From positions 5,560,498 to 5,624,497 of the forward strand of contig OY764216.1 of the NCBI GenBank assembly GCA_963668315.1: a DNA stretch of 64,000 nt, written 5' to 3'. The notes under the pieces are model-generated. The model saw only the letters and a program-made list of their open reading frames with translations, had not been told where the DNA came from and made no database searches. The first letter of the stretch is position 1, and each line of letters begins with the position of its first letter. The position numbers and the translations under genes are program-made. This document shows, one piece after another, positions 1-10,195 of this stretch. The DNA comes from Spirochaetia bacterium. Lineage in GTDB: Bacteria > Spirochaetota > Spirochaetia > DSM-2461.

Positions 1-180
1 GAAGGGAGTTGCCACGGCTCTATTGGTTCCCGTTTGGGTGCAGATGGACGGACATCGCCCTCGCCCTCGAAGGCACAGGCCGTGGGCAGAGGAAGACAAT
101 GAAAGGGATCAGTTTACCAGTCCCGAGCTTTCTTGGCCATGTTCTCGGAGCACGCCCGGACAGGCCATCGGCATGGATAT

Positions 181-375
181 TTTGGCCGAAGGCCTTTCCT
201 CACCGTAGCCTGGGGCACCGCCCCAGGAATTGCCACAGTGCGACGTTTGGCCGAAGGCCCTATTCAACCCTCATGAGATGGGAGACGTGAATATGGCCGT
301 TGGCCAAACGGATGGCTACGCCTGAATTCCTGGGGCGATGCCCCAGGCTACGGTGAACGTAGGCCTTCGGCCAAA
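181..375. repeat. Composite palindromic REP/BIME-like element
   Basis: Outer inverted arms tttggccgaaggcct..caccgtagcctggggc..gccccaggaatt (181-231) and aattcctggggc..gccccaggctacggtga..aggccttcggccaaa (325-375); inner inverted pair tttggccgaaggcc / ggccgttggccaaa. Confidence 0.8.
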
Positions 376-456
376 CATAACCGTGTTATCACGGAGGATC
401 TTGCGTCGATTCGCCATCAGCACCCATCCCTATTCGGGCAGGGGGGTGGGGATCGC

Positions 457-1044
457 TTAGGGGAGGGCCTGGGGCGTGGGAATCGCCTCGCTGGGAAGCG
501 GCGCCGGGACAAGAACCGGTACGGGAATGGTCTCGGCCGAGTCCTGAGAAATGGCAGTTCCGCCGTAGCCGGCGTCCGAGGTTTGGTCCGAGGCGTAGAG
601 CGGCTCGTAGACGTAGCTATTGGAACTGGTCCAGGTCTTGCGGTGACCGGTCGGCTGCTCGATAGGCGCCGGATTCGGATTCAGGTAGGGCAAGACAGGG
701 ACGACCTTGCCGCCGCTGGGATAGGCGTAGCCCGGGGCGGCTGGGAAGGGCAACTGATAGGGACTCTTGCTCAGTCGTCGTTCGTACCGTCGTTGGCCCC
801 GTGCACGAAAAGGAACGGGAGGAGCCTGGTAATAGCCCGGGGCGTAGGTGCCGTACCACGTCATCAAGTCGTTCGCCTGCCGCTGTCGATCGATGGCTTG
901 GAGCCGAGCCTGCTCACTTCGGGCATAGGCATCCCAACCGGCGGCCAGGGGACTGTGAATCTTGGCCTTGGCGATGACTTCCCCCCCGGAGGCGGCCACC
1001 GCGGTCATGGCAAGGACGATCGTAGCAAAGAAGAGCGGTTTCAT
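457..1044 (-). CDS. Hypothetical secreted protein, Pro/Tyr-rich
   Basis: Signal-peptide-like start MKPLFFATIVLAMTAVAASG; low-complexity Pro-rich tail. Confidence 0.65.
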   Translation of the reverse strand: MKPLFFATIVLAMTAVAASGGEVIAKAKIHSPLAAGWDAYARSEQARLQAIDRQRQANDLMTWYGTYAPGYYQAPPVPFRARGQRRYERRLSKSPYQLPFPAAPGYAYPSGGKVVPVLPYLNPNPAPIEQPTGHRKTWTSSNSYVYEPLYASDQTSDAGYGGTAISQDSAETIPVPVLVPAPLPSEAIPTPQALP

Positions 1045-1256
1045 CGGATCGGGCCCTCGACGAATCATTCGAGCAGATATGCGTCAGGCGGCAGCACGCC
1101 GGCCTTGTTGCGAAATCGTCGGCACCGGCGCGTCTTTCCGAGAATTATATGCCTTTCCGTCACAGATTCCCGACGGCGCGAATTCTACCTGACGAGATTC
1201 TTTTCCGAAATCGGTCAGGTCGCTGGCAAGGTAGGAAGACCTGGGGGACAGGGCTG

Positions 1257-2048
1257 CTACGCCACGAGGTCCAGAAGGGTTCCTATGGTGCCGGCTTCCT
1301 CCGAGGCGCCGTATGCGGCTGCCGTGGCGTTTTGAGCCGGGTCCTGTTGGAGCATTTCCGCCCGAGCCTGGGCTTCCATCTGAGCGGCCGCAGCCGCAAC
1401 CCGTTGATCCTGGCCGGAAGGCGAGGCCGGGGCACGAGCGGCCGCCTGGATCTGCTGGGCCTTGTCGATGGTGGCTTCGGGATCGCCCGGAATGGGTGAG
1501 GTGTCGATGCTCACCTCGCCCCCGACCGCATATTGGCGTCCGTCCGGCCCTTCCTGGTACTCGTAGGAGGGCCCGCCCTGGGCATAGGGGGCGGCGGCAG
1601 CCAAGTGGGCCTGTTCATGAGCACGCACTTCGCGATCGCGGCTCTGAAGCTCCTCGACTTGCTGTTGCTCTGCCTCGGTCAGTTCGACCCCCGGTTCGTC
1701 GGCGTCCTCCGCCGCGGCCTGCATCTCACCGTAAACCTGGCGATCCGCCTCTCCGGCATCGGCAACCGCAGGCTCCTCAGCGGTGACCGGCGTGGAGCTG
1801 TCGGTTTCCGAAACCACGCCGGGGGGCTGTGCGAGAAACGCATCGCCCGCTTCAGAAAGAGCGAGGGCCTGTTCGGAGAGGTCCAATTCGTCAACCGGCT
1901 GGGCTGCCGCGGCCTGCTGGGCCGCTCCCGCACAATCACAGCCTGTCCCCCCACAAGTAGCGCACGCCGTGGTCGCCGACGCTTGCTGCGTCGCCGCCAA
2001 ATAGACGGGCGTGGTCGCAAAGGCTTGCAGGAAGGTGGGTTGGATCAT
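1257..2048 (-). CDS. SprA-related family protein (putative metalloprotease CJM1_0395 family)
   Basis: Motifs DREVRAHEQAH, GPDGRQYAVGGEVSIDTS and AARAPASPSGQD; start chosen at MIQPTF. Confidence 0.85.
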   Translation of the reverse strand: MIQPTFLQAFATTPVYLAATQQASATTACATCGGTGCDCAGAAQQAAAAQPVDELDLSEQALALSEAGDAFLAQPPGVVSETDSSTPVTAEEPAVADAGEADRQVYGEMQAAAEDADEPGVELTEAEQQQVEELQSRDREVRAHEQAHLAAAAPYAQGGPSYEYQEGPDGRQYAVGGEVSIDTSPIPGDPEATIDKAQQIQAAARAPASPSGQDQRVAAAAAQMEAQARAEMLQQDPAQNATAAAYGASEEAGTIGTLLDLVA

Positions 2049-2173
2049 TTTTCGGACAACTCGAACAGAAGAACGAGAATTCCTCGCTATCATACGTCGG
2101 CAAAACGACCCGTGCTTCTGCAGAACTGTCAAACTTTTACGGATCTGCGGGTTGGGCGGGAAATTGCCTGACA

Positions 2174-2240
2174 GGGGGACTGGTCCGATTTTCGGTCAGC
2201 AAGGTGCTTTGGCGAAGAGGCGACGCCCGAAAACTTGGAC
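2174..2240. repeat. Palindromic REP-like element (GGGGAC...GTCCCC-type family)
   Basis: gggggactggtccgattttcgg ... ccgaaaacttggaccctttcccct imperfect inverted repeat in an intergenic region. Confidence 0.6.
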
Positions 2241-2382
2241 CCTTTCCCCTTCCTTCACAACTTGGCTGTTCTGCTGCGAAGGATTCTCGCCGACTTCGGA
2301 CATAAGTGGGTAAGCTGTTGGGTGAAGGAACCTATCCGCCTTGCTCGCGTTGGGTCGAGGACAACCGCCTGGGAGATGCGCT

Positions 2383-2973
2383 TTGCCGGACAAGTTTGAC
2401 AAGCGATGGCACCGGCGGGCTCTTCGTGGCGATCCGACGGCGATCGAGGCCCTGGCCTGTGCGGCTGTGGGGCCCCTCTATCGCTTCTGCCTCCACCGCC
2501 TTGGCGGGAACTCTCACCTGACCGAGGAAGTCGTTCAAGAGACACTCGTTCGAGCCATCCGCGAACTGGAGAAATATGATCCCGCCCGGGCAAGCGGCAA
2601 TGTGTTGAGTTGGCTCACCGGATTGGCGCGGAATCAGATACGCCGAGCCTTGAATCGGGAAGGCGAGGCTGTCAGCTTCCAGGCACTCTGGGACAAGTTG
2701 GATGAGGATCTTCGCGGAGTGTATGCAAGGATCGAGTCGGAGCCCCTTGCGTGCGAAGTGCTCGACCGCGACGAGACACGCGAGATGGTCAATGCGACCA
2801 TGGCCCAATTGCCCGCCAAGTACCGCGAGGCTCTTGAAGCGAAATACGTGGACGGTAAGAGCGTTCGCGACATGGCCGCGGCTCTCCGTATGTCGGAGAA
2901 GGCCGTCGAAAGCCAACTGACCCGGGCGCGAAAGGCCTTCCGAGCGACGTTTGCCGCGTTGGGCGAAGCGTAG
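2383..2973 (+). CDS. ECF RNA polymerase sigma factor
   Basis: Sigma region 2 (EEVVQETLVRAIRELEKYD..WLTGLARN) and region 4 (LPAKYREALEAKYVDGKSVRDMA..SEKAVESQLTRAR); TTG start after a GGGAGA RBS. Confidence 0.9.
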   Translation: MPDKFDKRWHRRALRGDPTAIEALACAAVGPLYRFCLHRLGGNSHLTEEVVQETLVRAIRELEKYDPARASGNVLSWLTGLARNQIRRALNREGEAVSFQALWDKLDEDLRGVYARIESEPLACEVLDRDETREMVNATMAQLPAKYREALEAKYVDGKSVRDMAAALRMSEKAVESQLTRARKAFRATFAALGEA

Positions 2974-3006
2974 GAATTCGGACGCGGCTGCTGACGTGAC
3001 CAATAA

Positions 3007-3059
3007 CAGGCTGAAGCCTGGACTCCAACAAGTAAGCAGGCTGAAGCCTGGACTCCAAC
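3007..3059. repeat. Two direct copies of the REP caggctgaagcctggactccaac (30-nt period)
   Basis: Identical 23-mers at 3007 and 3037, each with an internal caggct/agcctg hairpin; related to the element at 20454-20506. Confidence 0.8.
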
Positions 3060-3074
3060 GAGGAGTATATCACC

Positions 3075-6000
3075 ATGTCGGAACACGGCGATCGCAAGAG
3101 TGTTGGGGAAACCAACGTCCAGCGGCTCCTGTCCGAGGCCTACCGCCCGGAGCAACCGGACTCGGCCTTTGCCGAACGGGTCACTCGTGCCATGCTGGCT
3201 GAGGCCGAGCGGCGTCAGAACACAACCACTGCCCCGCGAACACGGCTGGTCTGGCATGGGGCGGTGTGGGTGACGGCCGCAGTGCTGCTGATCGCCTTGG
3301 GCGCCGGGCTCGGGCATTACTTTTCTCGCCCTGAATTGCCTGGGGGCGACTCGCCCATTCGATTTGCCGAAGGAGGCACCGATGCGGCTCCGTCGCCGCA
3401 CCTCGCTGCAAGTTGGCCGGTGGCGACTGCCCTGTCGCCGCGACCGCGTGCGGAAGCCCCGCCAACTCCCAAACTGGCCGTGGGCGATTCGGCTCGCACC
3501 GGCCCGACGGAACGGCGGAGGGTCGAACTCCCCGACGGTTCGGTTCTCTATCTCAATCGGGACACGAGCCTCACGCTAACTTCCTCACGCCACATTCAAC
3601 TTGACCAAGGCGAGATCTATCTGGAGGTAGCATCGCGGCACGAGGCCGACACGGAAGACGAGGCCAATCGCTTTGTGGTGATGACGGCGGACCGCGAGGT
3701 CGTGTCGCTGGGTACGAAATTCAACGTGCGAGCGGAAGGCCGCGGCACCTCGGTGGCCGTCACTCAGGGCAAGGTGCAAGTGAGCGGCGTCGACGGGCCG
3801 CTCCAGGCCGGCCAGCAGGTTCTGGAAACCGGCGCGGAGCCCGTCCCGATCGGCCAGGCCTTTCACCTGATCGACTGGACCCGCGATCTGGTCGCCGCTT
3901 CGCAGTCGCCCCTGGTCCCGGCCAGCAACTACGCCGGCGGCGCGTTGGTGGCCCGGCGGCCGGGAGGCGACGAGGCGAGCCTGAGCATGCGGCGCTACAA
4001 GGTCGACGTTCACATCGAAGACGGGTTTGCGAGAACCACGATCGATCAGACCTACTTCAACCATGAGTCGTGGCGGCTGGAGGGCACGTTCTTCTTTCCC
4101 CTGCCGCCCGATGCTTCTCTTTCGCGACTGGCCATGTACGTGGGTGGAAAGCTCATGGAAGGCGGCATGGCCGAACGGGAACACGCCCGGAAGACCTTCG
4201 AGTCGATTGTTCGCAAGCAGAAGGACCCGGCCCTGCTGGAGTGGATCGACGGCAGCACCTTCCGCATGCGGGTCTTCCCACTCGAACCGCGGCAGGAGAA
4301 GCGGATTGTTCTGAGCTACACCCAGCGGCTCGAGCGGCTCGGCGATCGCGTCGAGTACCGCTTTCCCGGCGGGCACAGCATGGCGAAGGTGGGCCAATGG
4401 TCGTGCCACGTCCGTGCCAAGGACCGCGAGGGCTGCCGCTGGGAGGCCGATTCGTACGACTTCCATGCCGGCCGCGAAGAGCAGGACCTTTTGCTCGATG
4501 CCACGGCGGAAGACGTCAGCCCCGACCGAAACGTGGTCCTCCGATTCTGGGACCGAACCTCCGAGAACAAGCGGGCGGATGCCGGGCCGCAATTCGTCTC
4601 GGCCGAGCACGAGGGCCAGCGCTATCTTGCCTTGCGGTATCCCTTCCAGCCAGGCGGTGGCCGGAAGATGCGGCGCGATTGGGTGTTTTTGTATGAAACC
4701 TCGGCCGATCGCGACCCGGTGCTGGCCCGGGTCCAGGTCGACGTGATCAAAACCCTGCTCGAAAACGCCGAACGGGACGACACATTCACGATCCTAGCGG
4801 CCAGCAGCCGAATTCGCGCGATGTCCGAGGTCCCGCTTCCCGTTCGGCCCAAGAACGTGCGGCGGGCCATCGAATTTCTGGAGAAGTCTCAACTGGTCGG
4901 GGCCCTCGATCTCGAAAAGGCCTTCGGCGCCGCCGCGGCCGCGGCCCGGGATGTTGAGAATCCGTGTGTCGTTCACCTGGGCAGCGGCTACCCGCGACTG
5001 GGCGAAGAAGACCAGGTGGCGCTCGCTCGCCTGCTTCCGGAGAAGAGCACCTATGTGGGCGTGGCCGTGGGCAACCGCTGGAATCGCGCCCTGATGAAGC
5101 GTCTGGCCGGCGATTCGGGAGGATATCTGACGCAGATCAACCCGAACGAACCGGTCGCATGGCGGGCGATCGAACTGGCCTCGCGGTTGAACGCCCCGCG
5201 GCTGACGAACGTGCGAGTTGTCGACAACCGAGAGAAACTGCACTTTCTCAACATGAGCGACGTTGTGTGTGAGGGGGAAGAACTGCTGGCCGTCGCCCGC
5301 ATGGATGCCGGTGCAAAGCTGCCCAAGTGGGTGGACGTGACAGGCCGGATGGACGGCGAACCCTACACGGAGCGAGTGCCTGTCGGCCAGGTTTCCGAAG
5401 GTGCGGAGTACCTGCCTCGCACCTGGTCGAAGCTCGAAATCGACCGGCTCGTGGCTGAAGACGCCCTCGCCCACCACGACGAGATCGTCAACCTGAGCAT
5501 GGCCATGTACGTCATGTCGCCCTTCACGTCGCTGCTGGTGCTGGAGAACGACGCCATGTACGAGCAGTATCACGTGGATCGCGGTCGGAAGGACCATTGG
5601 GCCCTCTATCCATGCCCCGAGACGATCGAGGTCGTTCACGAGCCGCTTCCTTCTTCACCGCCTGCACCGCCCAAACCGGCTGTTGCCGGGCCGAGCGTGG
5701 AAGAGGTGCTGGCAACCATTCTGCTGCGTCATGGGAGATCCTGGTTGGACGTCGCGTCGATTGGTGGGGAGGGAGAACGGGGGAAGATCAACGCGAATAC
5801 AGTCACGTGGGATATCCCGAACGCGTGGGAGTGGGGTTTCTGGGATGTCGATCATGACGGAGATGTGACGGTGGGGTTGAGCGGGCCGGGGATGTTCAGT
5901 GCGGACTTGGACATTCCCTTTACCGGCTACGAATGGCAGGATGTCCCGCAAGGCATCACGCTCCCGGGAACGGCGGATTCTGACGGTCTCTTTTCGGTGT

Positions 6001-9000
6001 TCGAGATTTCGGCCAGACGCTCCGCGCGGGTTTCCGACTGGGGCGAAGACGCCTTTCGTGGTTCCTTTTACTTGCCTAAGGTCTACCCAGTTGCCGACAT
6101 GGTGATCCCCCTTCCGCAATCGGAGTTCGTGTTTGGAGTTCGCCCAGCGAATCGCTTCCATGAGCTTGTCGAACGAGAAACGTACAGAGTTGTCGAGCAA
6201 GCTCACCGGGCGTCGAAATCGGATCTGGAAGGCTCAATCTACAATCTCAAGCAACAGATCGAAACGGTCCGCCAGTTGACCGAGTTGGGCCCTCGGCATT
6301 CAGAACATCTGCTCGGCCTGCTCCAAACGGCGGTTGGCGAGGCGATGGGCAGGCAACAGGCCGAAGAGCGACGGCAACGGAGCCAATCGGAGAGGATCGC
6401 TGCTGCCCGCGATCGCGAGCAAAAACTCCTAGAAAGCCTCCAAAAGGCGGACAAGGTCCGCCAGCTCATGAACCGCTTCGATTCGCTTATGGCTGAAAGC
6501 AGGTATCGCTTCGCCGAAGAACCCGCGATCGAGATGGGGACGGATTCGGGCATAGGCGTACCGGCTGGAATTGCCCGCACGCTGCAAAGTCGTACGATCG
6601 AGGAGTTGAACCGCGAGATGGTGTTGCGGTTTGAACGTCAGAAAGGGGTTGTCGACCGGCTCTACATCACAGAACTCGCTCACGTGCCGTTTCCCGACGA
6701 GCCGCCAATCCTCTATCCGCCCGCCGAGGTTTGGAGGGAACTGACTGAGCGCCGCCGAGAAGGCTACCTTTCGATGGACTTGGCCAGTCCGTTTTCGTCC
6801 GAACGGCAAATCCGGGCCGCGCTGGCCGAAAAGACGTTCGTTGATTTTGACGCGGAGCCGCTGCGCGGGGTGGTTCGATTCTGGGAGGATTATCACGATA
6901 TCAGGATCAAGATCGCGGAGGATTGTCTGCGCCGAGCCGGGATTAGTCCGGATGCGAAGATAAGCAAGCATATCGAAGGGATTTCGCTGCGTTCCGCAAT
7001 GCGTCTGGTCCTCGGCGACCTGGATTTGACGTATGTACAGGGCAACGGCGGCCTGATTATTATGCCCACACGGGACGCCTGGTGTTTTCAACACCGCGTG
7101 CGGCGTTCCTCGTTCGGTCCGCCGGCCATTCACAATCTCCTGGCCTACGCCCCGGGGGTGCAGACGACTGCGGCCGACGTGCTGGCTGTGGTCGATGCTG
7201 AGGCGGCCTTGGAAGACAAACCGACTGTCGGTCGAATTGATAAGCGGGCCCGGCAGCTCATCGAGAGTGCCCGACGTGACGGCTGGCAGCGGCTCGTCGG
7301 CGGTGAAAACGCAGAGCGCGAGGTGAGTGTCGTCTACGACGGCGAGGGCCATTTCCGGATCGACACCGAGACCGCCCTGGGCCTCAAGGAGACCATTTCG
7401 TGTGATGGCCAGAATCTCTGGCATCAGTATCCGGAACTCGGCGTGGGGACGCGGCGTCCCACGTGCCGCTTCTACGGAAACGCGGCCCGGGCTCTGGTTC
7501 CATGGCTGCTGCCCAGTCCGGAAGAACTTGCACTCGGCGCGGACGTGACCGCAATCGACGACCGGACGGTGGCTATCACTGCCCACAGGGCAGGGGAAGA
7601 CCAGGGGGCGGCCATGCAACTCCGCCTACTGTTTGCCAGCGATGGCCGCCTGTGCGAACGGCAACTGCTGGAAGCCGACTCGGAAAAGGTCCTGTGGCGT
7701 GAGACCTACGATGCCGAGGGCACGGTGCGACTCGTGGACGGCGACGGAAAGGAGCGGTTCAGCAGGAGGATCGTCACCGAGCCGTGCGACGCCCCCGAAC
7801 TGACGCCCGATCCATCGCTCGTTGTTCTCGCCATGCCCTGGCGGACCCGCGAACACGTATTCGCTTCCCGCGGGCTTACGGACGACGGCGCCCGGAAAGA
7901 ATGGAGCGACGAGGACGCCCTGGCTGTTCTGGCAGCCGAAACGGCCACGCGAGCCGAGTCGATCCTCTCCACGATCGGCTGGCACTTCTTCGCCAAGGGC
8001 GACCGCCGTCCCGGCTTCTACACGCTCCTTCTGGCCTCCGGCGTCGATTGGAAAGCCCCGCCGGATGCTGAACCAAACGACGTTCGCCGGTTGTTCACGC
8101 CCCAGGAATCAACCGCCAAGGAACTGATCGTCGAATATGCCGAGGCCGTCAAGGATGTTGACCCCTTGGCCGGCACGGGGGTCATGGTAGGAATGAGACC
8201 GATGGGGGGCATGGGGTCGATGACGGATAGCGGCGAGGACGTGAAGGCCGAAGCGTCTTCAGATGCCCGCCGCGAGAAAATCGGTCCGCTGAATGGCAGC
8301 GAAGACGGCTTCCTTCGTCGTCTTGCCGAGTTGCACGATCTCTGGATCAAGTGGCAGGCTTATGCTGCCAAGAAGACAACGGCCCAGGAACTTGCGGACC
8401 TCGAACGAGAAACGGTCCGCCTGCTCAAGCTGGATGCGAGAAGTCCCGTTATCATGAGTGCCCTTGCTGCCGTGAATCAGAACGCCGGCCGGCAATCACT
8501 GGTCCGCATCGGCGACGAACTGAAAGCCCCGTTTCGCGAGCACGGTCCGGCAATGTTCTCCTGGCGTCTGCTTCATGCTGAGGCTGTGGTCCAAACGGGA
8601 GAGGCTGCCCGCGGGCGTCAACTCTTCACGGCCCTGGTCGACGACATGGTCGCCGCCGGGGTGGTCCCACTGATTTCGAGCCGGATGAAGGAGACCTTCT
8701 TCCCCGACTTCGACTCCCGGAATGCCTGGCAAGGAGTCGTCGATCGGCTGACGGACGAAGCTTTGACAAACATGTCGGCAACGGCAGGTTTGCCCCTTGC
8801 GTTGCGGCTCTACCAACTGGACGCTCGCGACGAGGCCGAACGCATCTTTGCCAAGGCAACGACCTCGATCAGCCCGGACGATCCGGGGCCCGGAACCCTG
8901 GCCTGCGTGGCTTACCTGTGGCAAACGGACCAACGGCATCGGGCCGATCGAATGCTTACCGGGCTGCTGGCAGACGAGCGTTATCGAGGCATGCCGATCT

Positions 9001-9569
9001 TGTGGCGTCTGGCCAGCGAGTTTGCCCAACGACAAAACCTGCCCCGACGAGCGGCCCAGTGTCTGGATCGAGCCTTGGAAATCGAGTTTGCTCAACTTCC
9101 CGACGAGATCGATCCATCGGCCATTGAATCGGACTATGCGAAGCTGCTCACCTTCTTCGACTGGGCGGCGGCGGACGGGCTGCGATCGGATCCGCAGGCT
9201 CAAGCCAGTGAGATCTCGCAGATCGTGGCGGCCGCCGACCGTTGGCGGAAATTGGACCCCGAGTCCCAGGTCGTTTACTGTCTGGCCGGCCGCACGTTGG
9301 CTCGTTGCGGAGCCCTGGATCTTGCCTGGGACTACGTCGTCTCGCCGCTCGCGAAGGAAGGAACCTCCATCGACTGGATGCAGGAGGGCGACGAATATCG
9401 CAAGAAAGGCCAGCCCGAACTGGCCGTCCGAGCCTACGACCTCGCGGCCGTCGCCGATCCGGCCAACGGCGAGCTCTGCTGGAAGCGCGCCCTGGCCCTC
9501 GCCGAAGCCGGGCGCCACGCGGAAATCCGGGAAATCCGGGAAATCCGGGGACACAATACGAGTTATTGA
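3075..9569 (+). CDS. Giant anti-sigma-like membrane protein: TM + FecR + VIT + VWA + STN-like + TPR-like domains
   Basis: N-terminal TM helix; FecR motifs (ARTGPTERRRVELPDGSVLYLN, LDQGEIYLEV, SLGTKFNV, VAVTQGKV); VIT motifs (VHIEDGFARTTIDQTYFN, LEGTFFFPLPPDASLSRLAM, KDPALLEW); VWA-like FLYETSAD; MSPFTSLLVLE; C-terminal helical repeats; lies directly after the ECF sigma gene. Confidence 0.85.
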   Translation: MSEHGDRKSVGETNVQRLLSEAYRPEQPDSAFAERVTRAMLAEAERRQNTTTAPRTRLVWHGAVWVTAAVLLIALGAGLGHYFSRPELPGGDSPIRFAEGGTDAAPSPHLAASWPVATALSPRPRAEAPPTPKLAVGDSARTGPTERRRVELPDGSVLYLNRDTSLTLTSSRHIQLDQGEIYLEVASRHEADTEDEANRFVVMTADREVVSLGTKFNVRAEGRGTSVAVTQGKVQVSGVDGPLQAGQQVLETGAEPVPIGQAFHLIDWTRDLVAASQSPLVPASNYAGGALVARRPGGDEASLSMRRYKVDVHIEDGFARTTIDQTYFNHESWRLEGTFFFPLPPDASLSRLAMYVGGKLMEGGMAEREHARKTFESIVRKQKDPALLEWIDGSTFRMRVFPLEPRQEKRIVLSYTQRLERLGDRVEYRFPGGHSMAKVGQWSCHVRAKDREGCRWEADSYDFHAGREEQDLLLDATAEDVSPDRNVVLRFWDRTSENKRADAGPQFVSAEHEGQRYLALRYPFQPGGGRKMRRDWVFLYETSADRDPVLARVQVDVIKTLLENAERDDTFTILAASSRIRAMSEVPLPVRPKNVRRAIEFLEKSQLVGALDLEKAFGAAAAAARDVENPCVVHLGSGYPRLGEEDQVALARLLPEKSTYVGVAVGNRWNRALMKRLAGDSGGYLTQINPNEPVAWRAIELASRLNAPRLTNVRVVDNREKLHFLNMSDVVCEGEELLAVARMDAGAKLPKWVDVTGRMDGEPYTERVPVGQVSEGAEYLPRTWSKLEIDRLVAEDALAHHDEIVNLSMAMYVMSPFTSLLVLENDAMYEQYHVDRGRKDHWALYPCPETIEVVHEPLPSSPPAPPKPAVAGPSVEEVLATILLRHGRSWLDVASIGGEGERGKINANTVTWDIPNAWEWGFWDVDHDGDVTVGLSGPGMFSADLDIPFTGYEWQDVPQGITLPGTADSDGLFSVFEISARRSARVSDWGEDAFRGSFYLPKVYPVADMVIPLPQSEFVFGVRPANRFHELVERETYRVVEQAHRASKSDLEGSIYNLKQQIETVRQLTELGPRHSEHLLGLLQTAVGEAMGRQQAEERRQRSQSERIAAARDREQKLLESLQKADKVRQLMNRFDSLMAESRYRFAEEPAIEMGTDSGIGVPAGIARTLQSRTIEELNREMVLRFERQKGVVDRLYITELAHVPFPDEPPILYPPAEVWRELTERRREGYLSMDLASPFSSERQIRAALAEKTFVDFDAEPLRGVVRFWEDYHDIRIKIAEDCLRRAGISPDAKISKHIEGISLRSAMRLVLGDLDLTYVQGNGGLIIMPTRDAWCFQHRVRRSSFGPPAIHNLLAYAPGVQTTAADVLAVVDAEAALEDKPTVGRIDKRARQLIESARRDGWQRLVGGENAEREVSVVYDGEGHFRIDTETALGLKETISCDGQNLWHQYPELGVGTRRPTCRFYGNAARALVPWLLPSPEELALGADVTAIDDRTVAITAHRAGEDQGAAMQLRLLFASDGRLCERQLLEADSEKVLWRETYDAEGTVRLVDGDGKERFSRRIVTEPCDAPELTPDPSLVVLAMPWRTREHVFASRGLTDDGARKEWSDEDALAVLAAETATRAESILSTIGWHFFAKGDRRPGFYTLLLASGVDWKAPPDAEPNDVRRLFTPQESTAKELIVEYAEAVKDVDPLAGTGVMVGMRPMGGMGSMTDSGEDVKAEASSDARREKIGPLNGSEDGFLRRLAELHDLWIKWQAYAAKKTTAQELADLERETVRLLKLDARSPVIMSALAAVNQNAGRQSLVRIGDELKAPFREHGPAMFSWRLLHAEAVVQTGEAARGRQLFTALVDDMVAAGVVPLISSRMKETFFPDFDSRNAWQGVVDRLTDEALTNMSATAGLPLALRLYQLDARDEAERIFAKATTSISPDDPGPGTLACVAYLWQTDQRHRADRMLTGLLADERYRGMPILWRLASEFAQRQNLPRRAAQCLDRALEIEFAQLPDEIDPSAIESDYAKLLTFFDWAAADGLRSDPQAQASEISQIVAAADRWRKLDPESQVVYCLAGRTLARCGALDLAWDYVVSPLAKEGTSIDWMQEGDEYRKKGQPELAVRAYDLAAVADPANGELCWKRALALAEAGRHAEIREIREIRGHNTSY

Positions 9570-9721
9570 CGCACTGCAAACGCGTCGGTAGAGTTGCGTC
9601 CACGGCGAGGTTTGCGCGAGTCGTTTGTCGAGTGACTTAAGCAACTCCTCGCCCGTGTGCGGAAACCGCAGAAAGGCGGTTGCCCACGAAAGCAATAAAA
9701 CTCGTAATGTGTCCCCGGATT
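9542..9721 (+). mobile_element. Non-autonomous MITE/REPIN-like element, RAYT/Y1-transposase deletion derivative (copy 1)
   Basis: 23-bp terminal inverted repeats aatccggggacacaatacgagtt / aactcgtaatgtgtccccggatt (1 mismatch); homologous to 12206-12387. Confidence 0.8.
9566..9594 (+). promoter_or_regulatory. Sigma70-like promoter inside the element
   Basis: TTGACG-17 nt-TAGAGT; conserved in copy 3 (12231-12259). Confidence 0.6.
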
Positions 9722-9730
9722 AAGCCAGCA

Positions 9731-10135
9731 ATGATACGCGACTGCCTCATTCCCGCAATGAAACGCGAGTTCTCTGGTTGGGAGGTTGCGTTTGACGTGC
9801 CACCGCAGCCGATTGCTGCTTTCGCAGCCGCTCAGCCTTCCGTCGGCAGAGTTCTTGTTTACGACGATGGCGATGAGGCGACGGTCTTGATCGAGAACGT
9901 GACGCATGGTCACTTCAATTCTTATGACGAGAAGCTCTCGGATGCCCAGCGAGACGAGATGGTGACTGAGGATGTCATTGATTTTCTCAAGGCTCTATTC
10001 AGCGACCGGGTCCTACTGCATTGCAGCCCAGACAAGCACGGAGATGGATGGACGAGATTGGATTTGAAAGTCGGACCGATTGAGTTGTCACCGTCCTTTC
10101 AGTATTTTCTATGGTCACGACCTTATCAGGCATGA
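9731..10135 (+). CDS. Hypothetical protein (accessory, cassette-like)
   Basis: Globular-looking ORF MIRDCLIPAMKREF...; lower GC than the flanks; begins 10 nt after the element. Confidence 0.7.
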   Translation: MIRDCLIPAMKREFSGWEVAFDVPPQPIAAFAAAQPSVGRVLVYDDGDEATVLIENVTHGHFNSYDEKLSDAQRDEMVTEDVIDFLKALFSDRVLLHCSPDKHGDGWTRLDLKVGPIELSPSFQYFLWSRPYQA

Positions 10136-10195
10136 CGAAGAGGGCTAACAAGACGCGGGTGGGACTGGCCCTGCACAACGGCGACCACCAACCGG

